Positions 41,735 through 53,864 are shown, counted from the stretch's first letter. The stretch: DNA of 64,000 nt from Eledone cirrhosa (GCA_964016885.1 OZ024766.1:18848001-18912000); one strand, 5' to 3'. Notes: a model not told the origin generated them from the sequence alone. Made by a program: numbers and translations.

Positions 41735-44104
41735 GGTGAGAGGGGAGAGAAGAGAGAGGTTAGAGGTGAGAGAGGAGAGAAGAGAGAGGTGAGAGGTGAG
41801 AAGTTAGAGAGGTGAGAGAAGAGAGAAGAGAAGTTAGAGAGGTGAGAGGTGAGAGAAGAGAGAAGAGAAGTTAGAGAAGAGAGAAGAGAAGTTAGAGAGG
41901 TGAGAGGTGAGAGAAGAGAGAAGAGAAGTTAGAGAGGTGAGAGGTGAGAGAAGAGAGAAGAGAAGTTAGAGAGGTGAGAGGTGAGAGAAGAGAAGTTAGA
42001 GAAGTTAGAGGTGAGAGAAGAGAGAAGAGAGGTTAGAGATGAGAGGTGAGAGGTGAGAGAAGAGAGAAGAGAAGTTAGAGAGGTGAGAGGTGAGAGAAGA
42101 GAAGTTAGAGAAGTTAGAGGTGAGAGGTGAGAGAAGAGAGAAGAGAAGTTAGAGAAGAGAGAAGAGAGGTTAGAGATGAGAGGTGAGAGAAGAGAGGTGA
42201 GAGGTGAGAGAAGAGAGGTGAGAGGTGAGAGAAGAGAGAAGAGAAGTTAGAGAGGTGAGAGGTGAGAGAAGAGAGAAGAGAAGTTAGAGAAGTTAGAGGT
42301 GAGAGAAGAGAGAAGAGAGGTTAGAGATGAGAGGTGAGAGAAGAGAGGTGAGAGGTGAGAGAAGAGGTTAGAGAGGTGAGAGAAGAGAGAAGAGAAGTTA
42401 GAGAGGTGAGAGAAGAGAGAAGAGAGGTGAGAGGTGAGAGAAGAGAGAGGAGAGGTTAGAGAAGAGAGAGGAGAGGTTAGAGAAGAGAGGTGAGAGGTGA
42501 GAGAAGAGAGAAGAGAAGTTAGAGAAGTTAGAGGTGAGAGAAGAGAGAAGAGAGGTTAGAGAAGAGAGGTGAGAGAAGAGAGGTGAGAGGTGAGAGAAGA
42601 GAGAAGAGAGGTGAGAGGTGAGAGAAGAGAGAAGAGAGGTTAGAGAAGAGAGAAGAGAGGTTAGAGAAGAGAGGTGAGAGGTTAGAGAAGAGAGGTGAGA
42701 GGTGAGAGAAGAGAAGTTAGAGAAGAGAGGTGAGAGGTGAGAGAAGAGAGAAGAGAAGTTAGAGAAGTTAGAGGTGAGAGAAGAGAGAAGAGAGGTTAGA
42801 GAAGAGAGGTGAGAGAAGAGAGGTGAGAGAAGAGAGAAGAGAGGTGAGAGGTGAGAGAAGAGAGAAGAGAGGTTAGAGGTGAGAGAAGTTAGAGGTGAGA
42901 GAAGAGAGAAGAGAGGTTAGAGATGAGAGGTGAGAGAAGAGAGGTTAGAGGTGAGAGAAGAGAGGTTAGAGGTGAGAGAAGAGAGGTTAGAGGTGAGAGA
43001 AGAGAGAAGAGAGGTGAGAGATGAGAGATGAGAGATGAGAGATGAGAGATGAGAGAAGAGAAGAGAGGTTAGAGATGAGAGAAGAGAGATGAGAGAAGAG
43101 AGGTGAGAGGAGAGGTTAGAGGTGAGAGGTGAGAGATGTGAGAGGAGAGGTTAGAGGTGAGAGGTGAGAGATGAGAGAGAAGAGAGGTGAGAGGTGAGAG
43201 AAGAGAGGTGAGAGATGAGAGAAGAGAGGTGAGAGAAGAGAGGTTAGAGATGAGAGGTGAGAGAGAGAGGTGAGAGAAGAGAGAAGAGAGGTGAGAGGTG
43301 AGAGAAGAGAGGTTAGAGGTGAGAAAGAAGAGGTTAGATGAGAGATGAGAAAGAAGAGGTTAGATGAGAGGTGAGAAAGAAGAGGTTAGATGAGAGGTGA
43401 GAAAGAAGAGGTTAGATGAGAGGTGAGAAAGAAGAGGTTAGGTGAGAAAGAAGAGGTTAGATGAGAGGTGAGAAAGAAGAGGTTAGATGAGAGATGAGAA
43501 AAAAGAGGTTAGATGAGAGGTGAGGAAGAAGAGGTTAGATGAGAGGTGAGAAAGAAGAGGTTAGATGAGAGGTGAGAAAGAAGAGGTTAGATGAGAGGTG
43601 AGATGAGAGGTGAGGGAGAAGAGGTTAGATGAGAGGTGAGAAAGAAGAGGTTAGATGAGAGGTGAGAAAGAAGAGGTTAGATGAGAGGTGAGAAAGAAGA
43701 GGTTAGATGAGAGGTGAGAAAGAAGAGGTTAGATGAGAGGTGAGAAAGAAGAGGTTAGATGAGAGGTGAGAAAGAAGAGGTTAGATGAGAGGTGAGAAAG
43801 AAGAGGTTAGATGAGAGGTGAGAAAGAAGAGGTTAGATGAGAGGTGAGATGAGAGGTGAGAGAGAAGAGGTTAGATGAGAGGTGAGAAAGAAGAGGTTAG
43901 ATGAGAGGTGAGAGAGAGAAAGGCAGAGATGAGAGAGAGAGAGAGATGTGAGAGAGATGTGAGAGAGAGAGAGAGAGATGTGAGAGAGAGAGATGTGAGA
44001 GAGAGAGATGTGAGAGAGAGAGAGATGTGAGAGAGAGAGAGATGTGAGAGAGAGAGAGATGTGAGAGAGAGAGATGAGAGAGAGATGAGAGAGAGATGAG
44101 AGAG
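41735..44104. repeat. Purine-rich (GAGAA/GAGGT/GTTAG) tract; pyrimidine-rich on the transcribed strand
   Basis: Almost C-free on the plus strand. Confidence 0.95.
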
Positions 44105-44174
44105 CAAATATTTGAGAAGAATCTTCAGATATATAAAAGACATGAAACCTACCTAATGTTAGTGCCACAATATG

Positions 44175-45908
44175 ATACACCCAGTACACTCTGTAAAGTG
44201 GTAGTGGTGGTACCACAGTTAAATACACCCAGTACACTCTGTAAAGTGGTAGTGCTGGTGTCATGATATAATACACCCAGTACACTCTGTAAAGTGGTAG
44301 TGCTGGTGACATGATATAATACACCCAGTACACTCTGTAAAGTGGTAGTGTTGGTGTCATGATCGACTACACCCAGTACACTCTGTAAAGTGGTAGTGTT
44401 GGTGTCGATAAAATACACCCAGTACACTCTGTAAAGTGGTAGTGTTGGTGACATGATATAATACACCCAGTACACTCTGTAAAGTGGTAGTGTTGGTGTC
44501 ATGATATAATACACCCAGTACACTCTGTAAAGTGGTAGTGTTGGTGTCATGATAAAATACACCCAGTACACTCTGTAAAGTGGTAGTGTTGGTGTCATGA
44601 TATAATACACCCAGTACACTCTGTAAAGTGGTAGTGTTGGTGACATGATATAATACACCCAGTACACTCTGTAAAGTGGTAGTGTTGGTGTCATGATATA
44701 ATACACCCAGTACACTCTGTAAAGTGGTAGTGTTGGTGTCATGATATAATACACCCAGTACACTCTGTAAAGTGGTAGTGTTGGTGTCATGATATAATAC
44801 ACCCAGTACACTCTGTAAAGTGGTAGTGTTGGTGTCATGATGTAATACACCCAGTACACTCTGTAAAGTGGTAGTGTTGGTATCATGATATAAAACACCC
44901 AGTACACTCTGTAAAGTGGTAGTGTTGGTATCATGATAAAATACACCCAGTACACTCTGTAAAATGGTAGTGCTGGTGTCATGATATAATACACCCAGTA
45001 CACTCTGTAAAGTCGTAATGTTGGTGTCATGATATAATACACCCAGTACACTCTGTAAAGTGGTAGTGTTGGTATCATGATATAATACACCCAGTACACT
45101 CTGTAAAGTGGTAGTGTTGGTGCCATGATAAAATACACCCAGTACACTCTGTAAAGCGGTAGTGTTGGTGACATGATAAATACACCCAGTACACTCTGTA
45201 AAGTGGTAGTGTTGGTATCATGATAAAATACACCCAGTACACTCTGTAAAGTGGTAGTGTTGGTGTCATGATATAATACACCCAGTACACTCTGTAAAGT
45301 GGTAGTGTTGGTGTCATGATATAATACACCCAGTACACCCTGTAAAGTGGTAGTGTTGGTGTCATGATATAATACACCCAGTACACTCTGTAAAGTGGTA
45401 GTGTTGGTGACATGATATAATACACCCAGTACACTCTGTAAAGTGGTAGTGTTGGTGACATGATGTAATACACCCAGTACACTCTGTAAAGTGGTAGTGT
45501 TGGTATCATGATAAAATACACCCAGTACACTCTGTAAAGTGGTAGTGCTGGTGTCATGATATAATACACCCAGTACACCCTGTAAAGTGGTAGTGTTGGT
45601 GTCATGATATAATACACCCAGTACACTCTGTAAAGTGGTAGTGCTGGTGTCATGATATAATACACCCAGTACACTCTGTAAAGTGGTACTGTTGGTGCCA
45701 TGATAAAATATACCCAGTACACTCTGTAAAGTGGTAGTGGTGGTGTCATGATATAATACACCCAGTACACTCTGTAAAGTGGTAGTGTTGTTATCATGAT
45801 AAAATACACCCAGTACACTCTGTAAAGTGGTAGTGTTGGTGTCAGTACACTCTGTATAGTGGTAGTGCTGGTGTCATGATATAATACACCCAGTACACTC
45901 TGTAAAGT
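44175..45908 (+). repeat. 48-bp minisatellite (~36 copies), related to the SINE internal unit
   Basis: Unit TACACCCAGTACACTCTGTAAAGTGGTAGTGTTGGTGTCATGATATAA. It shares the CCCAGT-CAC-CTGTAAAGTGGT core with 5925-7085. Confidence 0.95.
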
Positions 45909-45926
45909 CCCAGCATTCATACTTAC

Positions 45927-46042
45927 CTCTAAGATTGCTTCCTTTAGATCCTCCACAAACTTCTGCCGGTCGTGGTCATTTCGTGCATTAAATGTGATGA
46001 GGACTTTCCCGTTGCTGGATAGTCTAATGCCATATTGGTAAT
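45927..46042 (-). CDS. IQSEC: IQSEC PH-domain exon
   Basis: CCCCTCAG|(H)YQYGIRLSSNGKVLITFNARNDHDRQKFVEDLKEAILE|GTAAGT; 116 nt, phase 1 to 0. Confidence 0.95.
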
Positions 46043-46217
46043 CTGAGGGGTAGAGAAGAGAGAGGGGCTTATATATAGCAGGGATAGGGTGTAGACAGAT
46101 ATATATATATATATATATATACATATATATACACACACTCACACTAATGCCATAGCTGCTCTCCAGCTATCTATTTAAAGCTGTATATAGCTATGGCACT
46201 ATATTTGTATCTAACTG

Positions 46218-47237
46218 TTATGTGAGGTATTATGTGAGGTAAAGCCTTTACTGTGACACTACAATAGTATATATAGAGTAATGTAAATGTTATGTGAGGT
46301 ATTATGTGAGGTAAAGCCTTTACTGTGACAATACAATAGTATATATAGAGTAATGTAAATGTTATGTGAGATATTATGTGAGGTAAAGCCTTTACTGTGA
46401 CAATACAATAGTATATATAGAGTAATGTAAATGTTATGTGAGGTATTATGTGAGGTAAAGCCTTTACTGTGACAATACAATAGTATATATAGAGTAATGT
46501 AGATGTTATGTGAGATATTATGTGAGGTAAAGCCTTTACTGTGACAATACAATAGTATATATAGAGTAATGTAAATGTTATGTGAGGTATTATGTGAGGT
46601 AAAGCCTTTACTGTGACAATACAATAGTATATATAGAGTAATGTAAATGTTATGTGAGGTATTATGTGAGGTAAAGCCTTTACTGTGACAATACAATAGT
46701 ATATATAGAGTAATGTAAATGTTATGTGAGGTATTATGTGAGGTAAAGCCTTTACTGTGACAATACAATAGTATATATAGAGTAATGTAAATGTTATGTG
46801 AGGTATTATGTGAGGTAAAGCCTTTACTGTGACAATACAATAGTATATATAGAGTAATGTAAATGTTATGTGAGATATTATGTGAGGTAAAGCCTTTACT
46901 GTGACAATACAATAGTATATATAGAGTAATGTAAATGTTATGTGAGGTATTATGTGAGGTAAAGCCTTTACTGTGACAATACAATAGTATATATAGAGTA
47001 ATGTAAATGTTATGTGAGGTATTATGTGAGGTAAAGCCTTTACTGTGACAATACAATAGTATATATAGAGTAATGTAAATGTTATGTGAGGTATTATGTG
47101 AGGTAAAGCCTTTACTGTGACAATACAATAGTATATATAGAGTAATGTAAATGTTATGTGAGATATTATGTGAGGTAAAGCCTTTACTGTGACAATACAA
47201 TAGTATATATAGAGTAATGTAAATGCTAAAGGGTTAA
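46218..47237 (-). repeat. Third array of the 72-bp minisatellite (~14 copies), again starting at TTAACCCTTTAG
   Basis: Right boundary is AAATGCTAAAGGGTTAA. Confidence 0.95.
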
Positions 47238-47343
47238 ATACACTCATCATAAATGCAGTACTAGTATATATACACTCATCATAAATGCAGTACTAGTATA
47301 TATACACTCATCATAAATGCAGTACTAGTATATATACACTCAC

Positions 47344-47443
47344 GTGAGGTTTCAAACAGGTACGCCTGCATGCCGTACAATGAAAAATACTGCTTGAAGG
47401 AGTAAGTTATGCCTGTTTTCTTCTTGCTGAAGATCTTGGTAAT
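47344..47443 (-). CDS. IQSEC: IQSEC PH-domain exon
   Basis: TATTTACAG|ITKIFSKKKTGITYSFKQYFSLYGMQAYLFETS|GTGAGT; 100 nt, phase 0 to 1. Matches IQSEC VTKIFQKKKNSVTYSFRQSFSLYGMQV. Confidence 0.95.
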
Positions 47444-47463
47444 CTGTAAATAGAAAATATATA

Positions 47464-49161
47464 TCTATATATATAAAACTGAGGATGTCTGTGAGTGAGT
47501 GTGAGTGTGTGAGTTTGAAACCCTAAAACTCAAGAAGTACCCAACCAAATTTTTTCAAACTTTACACGTGTATTACTTTTTGATCCCTTTGGGCTCGTAT
47601 TAGGTGAAAAACTGCATTTTTAAAGCTTTTTAAGGGTTTCTTGAGGCGTTACGTCAGACTGATTTCCTTGAAATTGTAACTATGTATTAGTCAGTCTCTT
47701 ATTCATACCGTGAGCAAAGAAAATCCAACTTTTTTATGGTCTAGGGCCCGCATTAGGTGAAAAACTGCATTTTTAAAGCTTTTTAAGGGTTTCTTGAGGC
47801 GTTACGTCAGACCGATTTCCTTGAAATTGTAACTATGTATTAGTCAGTCTCTTCTTCATACCGTGAGCAAAGAAAATCCAACTTTTTTATGGTCTAGGGC
47901 CCGCATTAGGTGAAAAACTGAATTTTTAAAGCTTTTAAGGGTTTCTTGAGGCGTTACGTCAGACCGATTTCCTTGAAATTGTAACTATGTATTAGTCAGT
48001 CTCTTCTTCATACCGTGAGCAAAGAAAATCCAACTTTTTTATGGCCTAGGCCCTGCATTAGATGAAAAACTTCATTTTTTTAGCTTTTTAGGGCTTTTTT
48101 GAGGCCGTACGTCTAGCAGATTTTCGTGAAATTTCAAGGCATATTATGCACTAAAAAAAAAAATCCATTTCCTTGATCCCCTAGGGCCCGCATTAGGTGA
48201 AAACCTGCATCGTGGAAAATCTTAAAGATTATCCAGCCATCAGAGTATTCAGTTTATTTTCTTTACATATTGTCCAGGCATGGAGTTCTTCCACGATTAG
48301 GTCTGTTGGCGGCCCACGTTCCAAAATACCTTATCCCGTGCAACGCCGGGTACCACTGCTAGTAATATATATATATATATAATAAACATGACAGGCATGT
48401 AGTTCTTCCACGATTAGGTCTGTTGGCGGCCCACGTTCCAAAATACCTTATCCCGTGCAACGCCGGGTACCACTGCTAGTAATATATATATATAATAAAC
48501 ATGACAGGCATGTAGTTCTTCCACGATTAGGTCTGTTGGCGGCCCACGTTCCAAAATACCTTATCCCGTGCAACGCCGGGTACCACTGCTAGTAATGTAT
48601 ATATATATATAATAAACATGACAGGCATGTAGTTTTTCCACGATTAGGTCTGTTGGCGGCCCACGTTCCAAAATATCTTATCCCGTGCAACGCCGGGTAC
48701 CACTGCTAGTAATATATATATATAATAAACATGACAGGCATGTAGTTCTTCCACGATTAGGTCTGTTGGCGGCCCACGTTCCAAAATATCTTATCCCGTG
48801 CAACGCCGGGTACCACTGCTAGTAATATATATATATAATAAACATGACAGGCATGTAGTTCTTCCACGATTAGGTCTGTTGGCGGCCCACGTTCCAAAAT
48901 ATCTTATCCCGTGCAACGCCGGGTACCACTGCTAGTAATATATATATATAATAAACATGACAGGCATGGAGTTCTTCCACGATTAGGTCTGTTGGCGGCC
49001 CACGTTCCAAAATACCTTATCCCGTGCAACGCCGGGTACCACTGCTAGTAATATATATATATAATAAACATGACAGGCATGTAGTTCTTCCACGATTAGG
49101 TCTGTTGGCGGCCCACGTTCCAAAATACCTTATCCCGTGCAACGCCGGGTACCACTGCTAG
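47464..49161 (+). mobile_element. Non-autonomous Helitron-like element with 8 tandem 3' termini
   Basis: A|TCTATATATATAAAACTGAG 5' end; internal ~153-bp repeats. The 3' hairpin CCCGTGCAACGCCGGG plus TACCACTG-CTAG|T has CTAG ending at 48362, 48479, 48592, 48709, 48822, 48935, 49048 and 49161. Confidence 0.8.
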
Positions 49162-49369
49162 TATATGATATATGTCTGTGTATATTTTTTTTACTAGAAC
49201 AGATTAAAGTTTAAGCCAAGAATCCCTGCTTGATATTTCCATGGAGAGAGGAGGTACTTCTCCCAGTCGAGGAAATAAGTAAATATTCAGGAGTTGTCTC
49301 CCCTTCACTGATTAAACATTTGCTCCCCAGTGCTTCCCCCAGGACCCCTCACCCCCCCCACAGTTCCAG

Positions 49370-50069
49370 CTAACTCCCCACCGTGCCACCCATCTCCATC
49401 CCCCCCCCCCCGCACAGTTCCACCCAAACCCGACCGTGCCATCCAGCTCCCCACAGTTCCACACCATGCCACCCAGTGTGCGGCCCACCGTGCCACCCAT
49501 CTCCCCACAACACCCAGCACCCCACCGTGCCACCCAGCTCCCTAGTGTGCCATCCACTGTGTCACCCAGCTCCCTAGTGTGCCACCCACCGTGCCACCCA
49601 GCTCCCTAGTGTGCCATCCACTGTGCCACCCACGTTCCACCCAGCTCCCCAGTGTGCCACCCAGCTCCCTAGTGTGCCACCCACCGTGCCACCCAGCTCC
49701 CTAGTGTGTCACCCACCATGCCACCCAGCTCCCCAGTGTGCCACCCAGCACCCCACCACCCAGCTCCCTAGTGCCATCCACCGTGTCACCCAGCTCCCCA
49801 GTGTGCCACCCACCGTGCCACCCAGCTCCCTAGTGTGCCACCCAACCCCCACCGTGCCACCCAGCACCCCACCGTGCCACCCAACTCTCCACCGTGCCAC
49901 CCAGCACCCCACCGTGCCACCCAACTCCCCACCGTGCCACCCAACTCTCCACCGTGCCACCCAGCACCCCACCATGCCACCCAGCTCCCCACCGTTCCAC
50001 CCAGCACCCCACCGTTCCACCCAGCACCCCACCATGCCACCCACCACCCACCCAGCTCCCCACCGTGCC
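49370..50069. repeat. C-rich ~20-bp minisatellite (CCACCGTGCCACCCAGCTCC)
   Basis: Seen directly in the sequence; it abuts the donor of the 50076 exon. Confidence 0.92.
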
Positions 50070-50075
50070 ACTCAC

Positions 50076-50201
50076 CAGTATGATATCATTAAAAAGAAAC
50101 ACTTCTCTCTGATGCAGTCCAATCTTTTCTTTCTTGTAAGGATCATGGATTTCATAAAGTCTACAGTAGCACACCAGCCTCCGATGGGGTAGGGCCAATT
50201 G
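50076..50201 (-). CDS. IQSEC: IQSEC PH-domain start exon
   Basis: CCCCACAG|[42 protein letters not shown]|GTGAGT; 126 nt. [12 protein letters not shown] and GLHQRE(I/V)FLFND are IQSEC signatures. Confidence 0.97.
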
Positions 50202-50263
50202 CTGTGGGGATAGAGATATATAGACATACATTATATAGACAGACAGGTATATATACTATATAT

Positions 50264-50868
50264 GGTGGCTGCCAACTCGTTTTCGAGTACGGCCACTACT
50301 TTATAGCCATGTAGGAGAACCCCTACCGATGCGCTGAACGAGTGTGACTTTTTAGTCCAGCCAGCGACTTGAAAACTCTGGTACAAACACTACACTTGTG
50401 ACAATTATTGACACATAGTGCTGGGCCCATGGTACCATGTGACGACAAGTGCAGAGAGATCTCCAGATATAAAGCAATGCCTGTGCCGTGAAGCTTTTAT
50501 AGTGAGCAAAGGCACTGCACAAAGCCAGTCCCACTCTCTTAACCAAGAAGATATTTACCAAAAAGAAGAACAAGTCAACATCATTGGATACCATCAGGGC
50601 TGCAGGTGTTATATCAGAGTTTTCCTTCTCCTAGAATTCTGCCCTGACAAAGGCTAAGGGGTCATCTCTCCCGGTGATTTTGGATGGCCATTGGCTCTTA
50701 AGAGCTCCTTTGACAGGTTTTGTTTTTAGTCCTGCAGGATGTCCAAAGTCACCCTCCTCACCAAGAAACCTTGGTGGGGTTGCCAGTTTAGTCGCCAACG
50801 ACCCGACCATGAGACAGGTTGTACTGGGATACATGTTACCAGTAGCACCAACTGGTGACCTGACATAA
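50264..50868. mobile_element. Longer copy of the 28737-29148 interspersed repeat, opposite orientation
   Basis: Reverse-complement identity over ~410 bp, plus ~195 bp of extra sequence. Confidence 0.75.
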
Positions 50869-50974
50869 TGGAAATATATAATGTGTATATATGTCTGTAT
50901 ATATACTATATATACAGACATATATACACATTATATATTTCCATTATTTATTTTCAGTATAATTGATTATGAAT

Positions 50975-51585
50975 AATTTTGAACCTCCAAATTTGTGGAA
51001 GAGACACAGAGTTCTTGGAATCCGCGCCGGGAGGACAAATAAGACCAGAAGATCAACTCCCAGAACAACATGTGGCTCGCTGTCTCATCCAAAGACCTGC
51101 CCAGAGTCGTGCAGACAGAGTTTCCAGCGACAACATTGGTCTTAGGTGTCGTCAGCAGTCAAGGTGACATCATGCCACCTCACTTCTTCCCTGAGGGCCT
51201 CAAGTTGAACACCGACGGCTACATCCGCGTTCTGAGCGAGGTAGTAAAGCCTTGGATCGACCAGGTAGCTGCAGGTAGGCCGTACATGTGGCAGCAAGAC
51301 TCAGCGCCCTGCCATACCAGCCGAAAGATCCAAGCCTGGCTGTCAGAGAACTTCGTCGACCACACTTCACCTGACATCTGGCCTCCCAGCTCACCTGACT
51401 GCAACACCCTCGACTTCTTTGTGTGGGGCGCAGTGGAACGAGACACCAACAGATTTCGCTGCAATACGAAAGACGATCTGAAGGCCAGGATCACAAGTGC
51501 TTTTAGGGGCCTAAGTCGGGGGACAGTGACGAAGGCCTGTAGCCTGTTCTGAGGCCACCTTGAGGCCGTCATCGAAGCCAATGAC
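50975..51585 (+). mobile_element. Tc1/mariner-superfamily transposase fragment, DD37D (maT) type
   Basis: VLGVVSSQGDIMPPHFF...WQQDSAPCH...WPPSSPDCNTLDFFVWG. I count 37 residues between the second and third catalytic Asp. Truncated; no TIRs seen. Confidence 0.9.
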
Positions 51586-52075
51586 TTTTTTGCTGTGGCA
51601 CCTCCACGACCACTTTACAGTGAGTGCTGGGTGCTTTTTTGCCGTGGCACCTCCACGACCACTTTACAGTGAGTGCTGGGTGCTTTTTTGCCGTGGCACA
51701 TCCACGACCACTTTACAGTGAGTGCTGGGTGCTTTTTTGCCGTGGCACCTCCACGACCACTTTACAGTGAGTGCTGGGTGCTTTTTTGCCGTGGCACATC
51801 CACGACCACTTTACAGTGAGTGCTGGGTGCTTTTTTGCCGTGGCACCTCCACGACCACTTTACAGTGAGTGCTGGGTGCTTTTTTGCCGTGGCACCTCCA
51901 CGACCACTTTACAGTGTGGGCTGGGTGCTTTTTTGCCATGGCACCTCCACGACCACTTTACAGTGGACTGATAGGGACCCCAGTCCCTATCATCTCATTT
52001 CTACAGCTGAGTAAACTAGAACAATGTGAAATAAAGTGTCTTGCTCAAGGACAACACATCACCCGGTCTGAGAAT
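51586..52075 (-). mobile_element. SINE central part with the 49-bp unit repeated ~8 times
   Basis: Same unit and central domain as 27364-28092. Confidence 0.85.
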
Positions 52076-52109
52076 ATATATATATATATATATTAGTTAT
52101 CAAACTTAC

Positions 52110-52249
52110 CGGCTTCTTCCCAACTATGGTCTGTTCGACTTTCATCACTTGTGATTGGTGATCGACCCCTGGTTGAAAGTCCTGGACCCTAATCCTCTCG
52201 TAGATCCCTCGTAGAAGTTCCCTGTCGATATCATCTGTTTCATCAATAC
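52110..52249 (-). CDS. IQSEC: IQSEC Sec7 C-terminal/linker exon
   Basis: TGTTTCAG|(G)IDETDDIDRELLRGIYERIRVQDFQPGVDHQSQVMKVEQTIVGKKP|GTAAGT; 140 nt, phase 1 to 0. Confidence 0.97.
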
Positions 52250-52277
52250 CTGAAACAGTTATAGACACACATATATA

Positions 52278-52713
52278 TAAAAACGTTCGGAGTTGTAAAG
52301 CCAAAACAATGCAGGTATGGACATAGAATATAAATGCAAATGCAAAAGATATTGTTGACAATTAGTCTTTTACCTTAGATTTATTTAAATGTCCTTAATT
52401 TTCGAGATAATATCTCTTCTTCAGAGGGAAGTAAAGGTGTTAAACCAGCGTTCTAAATAGCTTGCCAAGTCATGCTGACAGGAAATGGTATTTAGAACGC
52501 TGGTTTAACCGCTTTACTTCCCTCCGAAGAAGAGATATCTCGAAAATTAAGGACATTTAAATAAATCTAAGGTAAAAGACTAATTGTCAACAATATCTTT
52601 TGCATTTGCATTCTTTATTCTATATCAATACCTGCATTGTTTTGGCTTTATTATACATATACAAACGTTTATACCTCATTACACAATGCTTCAAGTGAAC
52701 AATAACTTCCTCC

Positions 52714-52744
<31 letters not shown>

Positions 52745-52942
52745 CGTTCGGAGTTGTAAAGCCAAAACAATGCAGGTATGGACATAGAATGCAAATGCAA
52801 AAGATATTGTTGACAATTAGTCTTTTACCTTAAATTTATTTAAATGTCCTTAATTTTCGAGATAATATCTCTTCTTCGGAGGGAAGTAAAGGGGTTAAAC
52901 CAGCGTTCTAAATAGCTTGCCAAGTCATTCTGACAGGAAATG
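52278..52942. mobile_element. Three alternating-orientation copies of a ~200-bp element carrying a hammerhead-like motif
   Basis: Copies at ~52278-52486, ~52489-52650 (inverted) and ~52740-52942. Minus 52392-52430 reads CCT-CTGAAGA-A[GAGAT atta TCTC]-GAAA-AT-TA-AGG; the other two copies have CCGAAGA. Confidence 0.75.
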
Positions 52943-52974
52943 TATAAATACGCACTAGGGCTAGTGTTAGTGTT

Positions 52975-53416
52975 AGGCCTAGGGATATGGTTAGGGCTAG
53001 GGTTAAGGTTTGGGCTAGGGTTAAGGTTTGGGCTAGGGTTAGGCCTAGGGCTAGGTTTAGTGCTAGGGTTAGGGATATGGTTAGGGCCAGGGTTAGGGAT
53101 AGGGTTAGGTTTAGTGCAGGGTTAGGGATATGGTTAGGGATATAGTTAGAGCTAGGGCTAGAGTTAGTGCTAGGGCTAGGGATATAGTTAGAGCCAGGGC
53201 TAGGGATAGGGTTAGTGCTAGGGTTAGGGTTAGGGTTAGGGATATAGTTAGAGCCAGGGCTAGGGATAGGGTTAGGTTTAGTGCTAGGTTTAGTGCAGGG
53301 TTAGGGATATGGTTAGGGATATAGTTAGAGCCAGGGCTAGGGCTAGAGTTAGTGCTAGGGATATAGTTAGAGCCAGGGCTAGGGATAGGGTTAGGGTTAA
53401 GGCTAAGTTTAAGGGT
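52975..53416 (+). repeat. Degenerate interstitial telomere-like repeat (TTAGGG/CTAGGG/ATAGGG)
   Basis: 6-bp periodic, with perfect TAGGGTTAGGGTTAGGGTTAGGG near 53219-53241. Confidence 0.85.
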
Positions 53417-53425
53417 TGTCCTTAC

Positions 53426-53600
53426 CTCGAAGATTTTTAATAAAGTCCTCCAATTTCATTCTTTTCTCACTCTTAATGTTGGAGTTATGGAGGTCGGTGT
53501 TGAGCATTATTATGGCAAAAGCCAACAAGAATATTGTGTCGGGGTTGCGGAAGTTCTTGATCTGGTCCGGGTTACATATACAGTAGCGATGGGCGAATGC
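53426..53600 (-). CDS. IQSEC: IQSEC Sec7 exon (motif 2)
   Basis: CCCACCAG|[58 protein letters not shown](G)|GTAAGG; 175 nt. Confidence 0.98.
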
Positions 53601-53602
53601 CT

Positions 53603-53747
53603 GGTGGGTGGACGTCATGGTTGGAGAGGACGGCAGAGAGAGAGAGAGAGAGAGAGAGAGATATGTTAGCAATAGTATTGTTGGTTTTAACAGAAGTTGC
53701 TGCTGGCCTTGTCTGGCTTACTATATATATATAGTGGTGGGTGTCAT

Positions 53748-53779
<32 letters not shown>

Positions 53780-53864
53780 ATGTTAGCAATAGTATTGTTG
53801 GTTTTAACAGAAGTTGCTGCTGGCCTTGTCTGGCTTACTATATATATATAGTGGTGGGTGTCAT

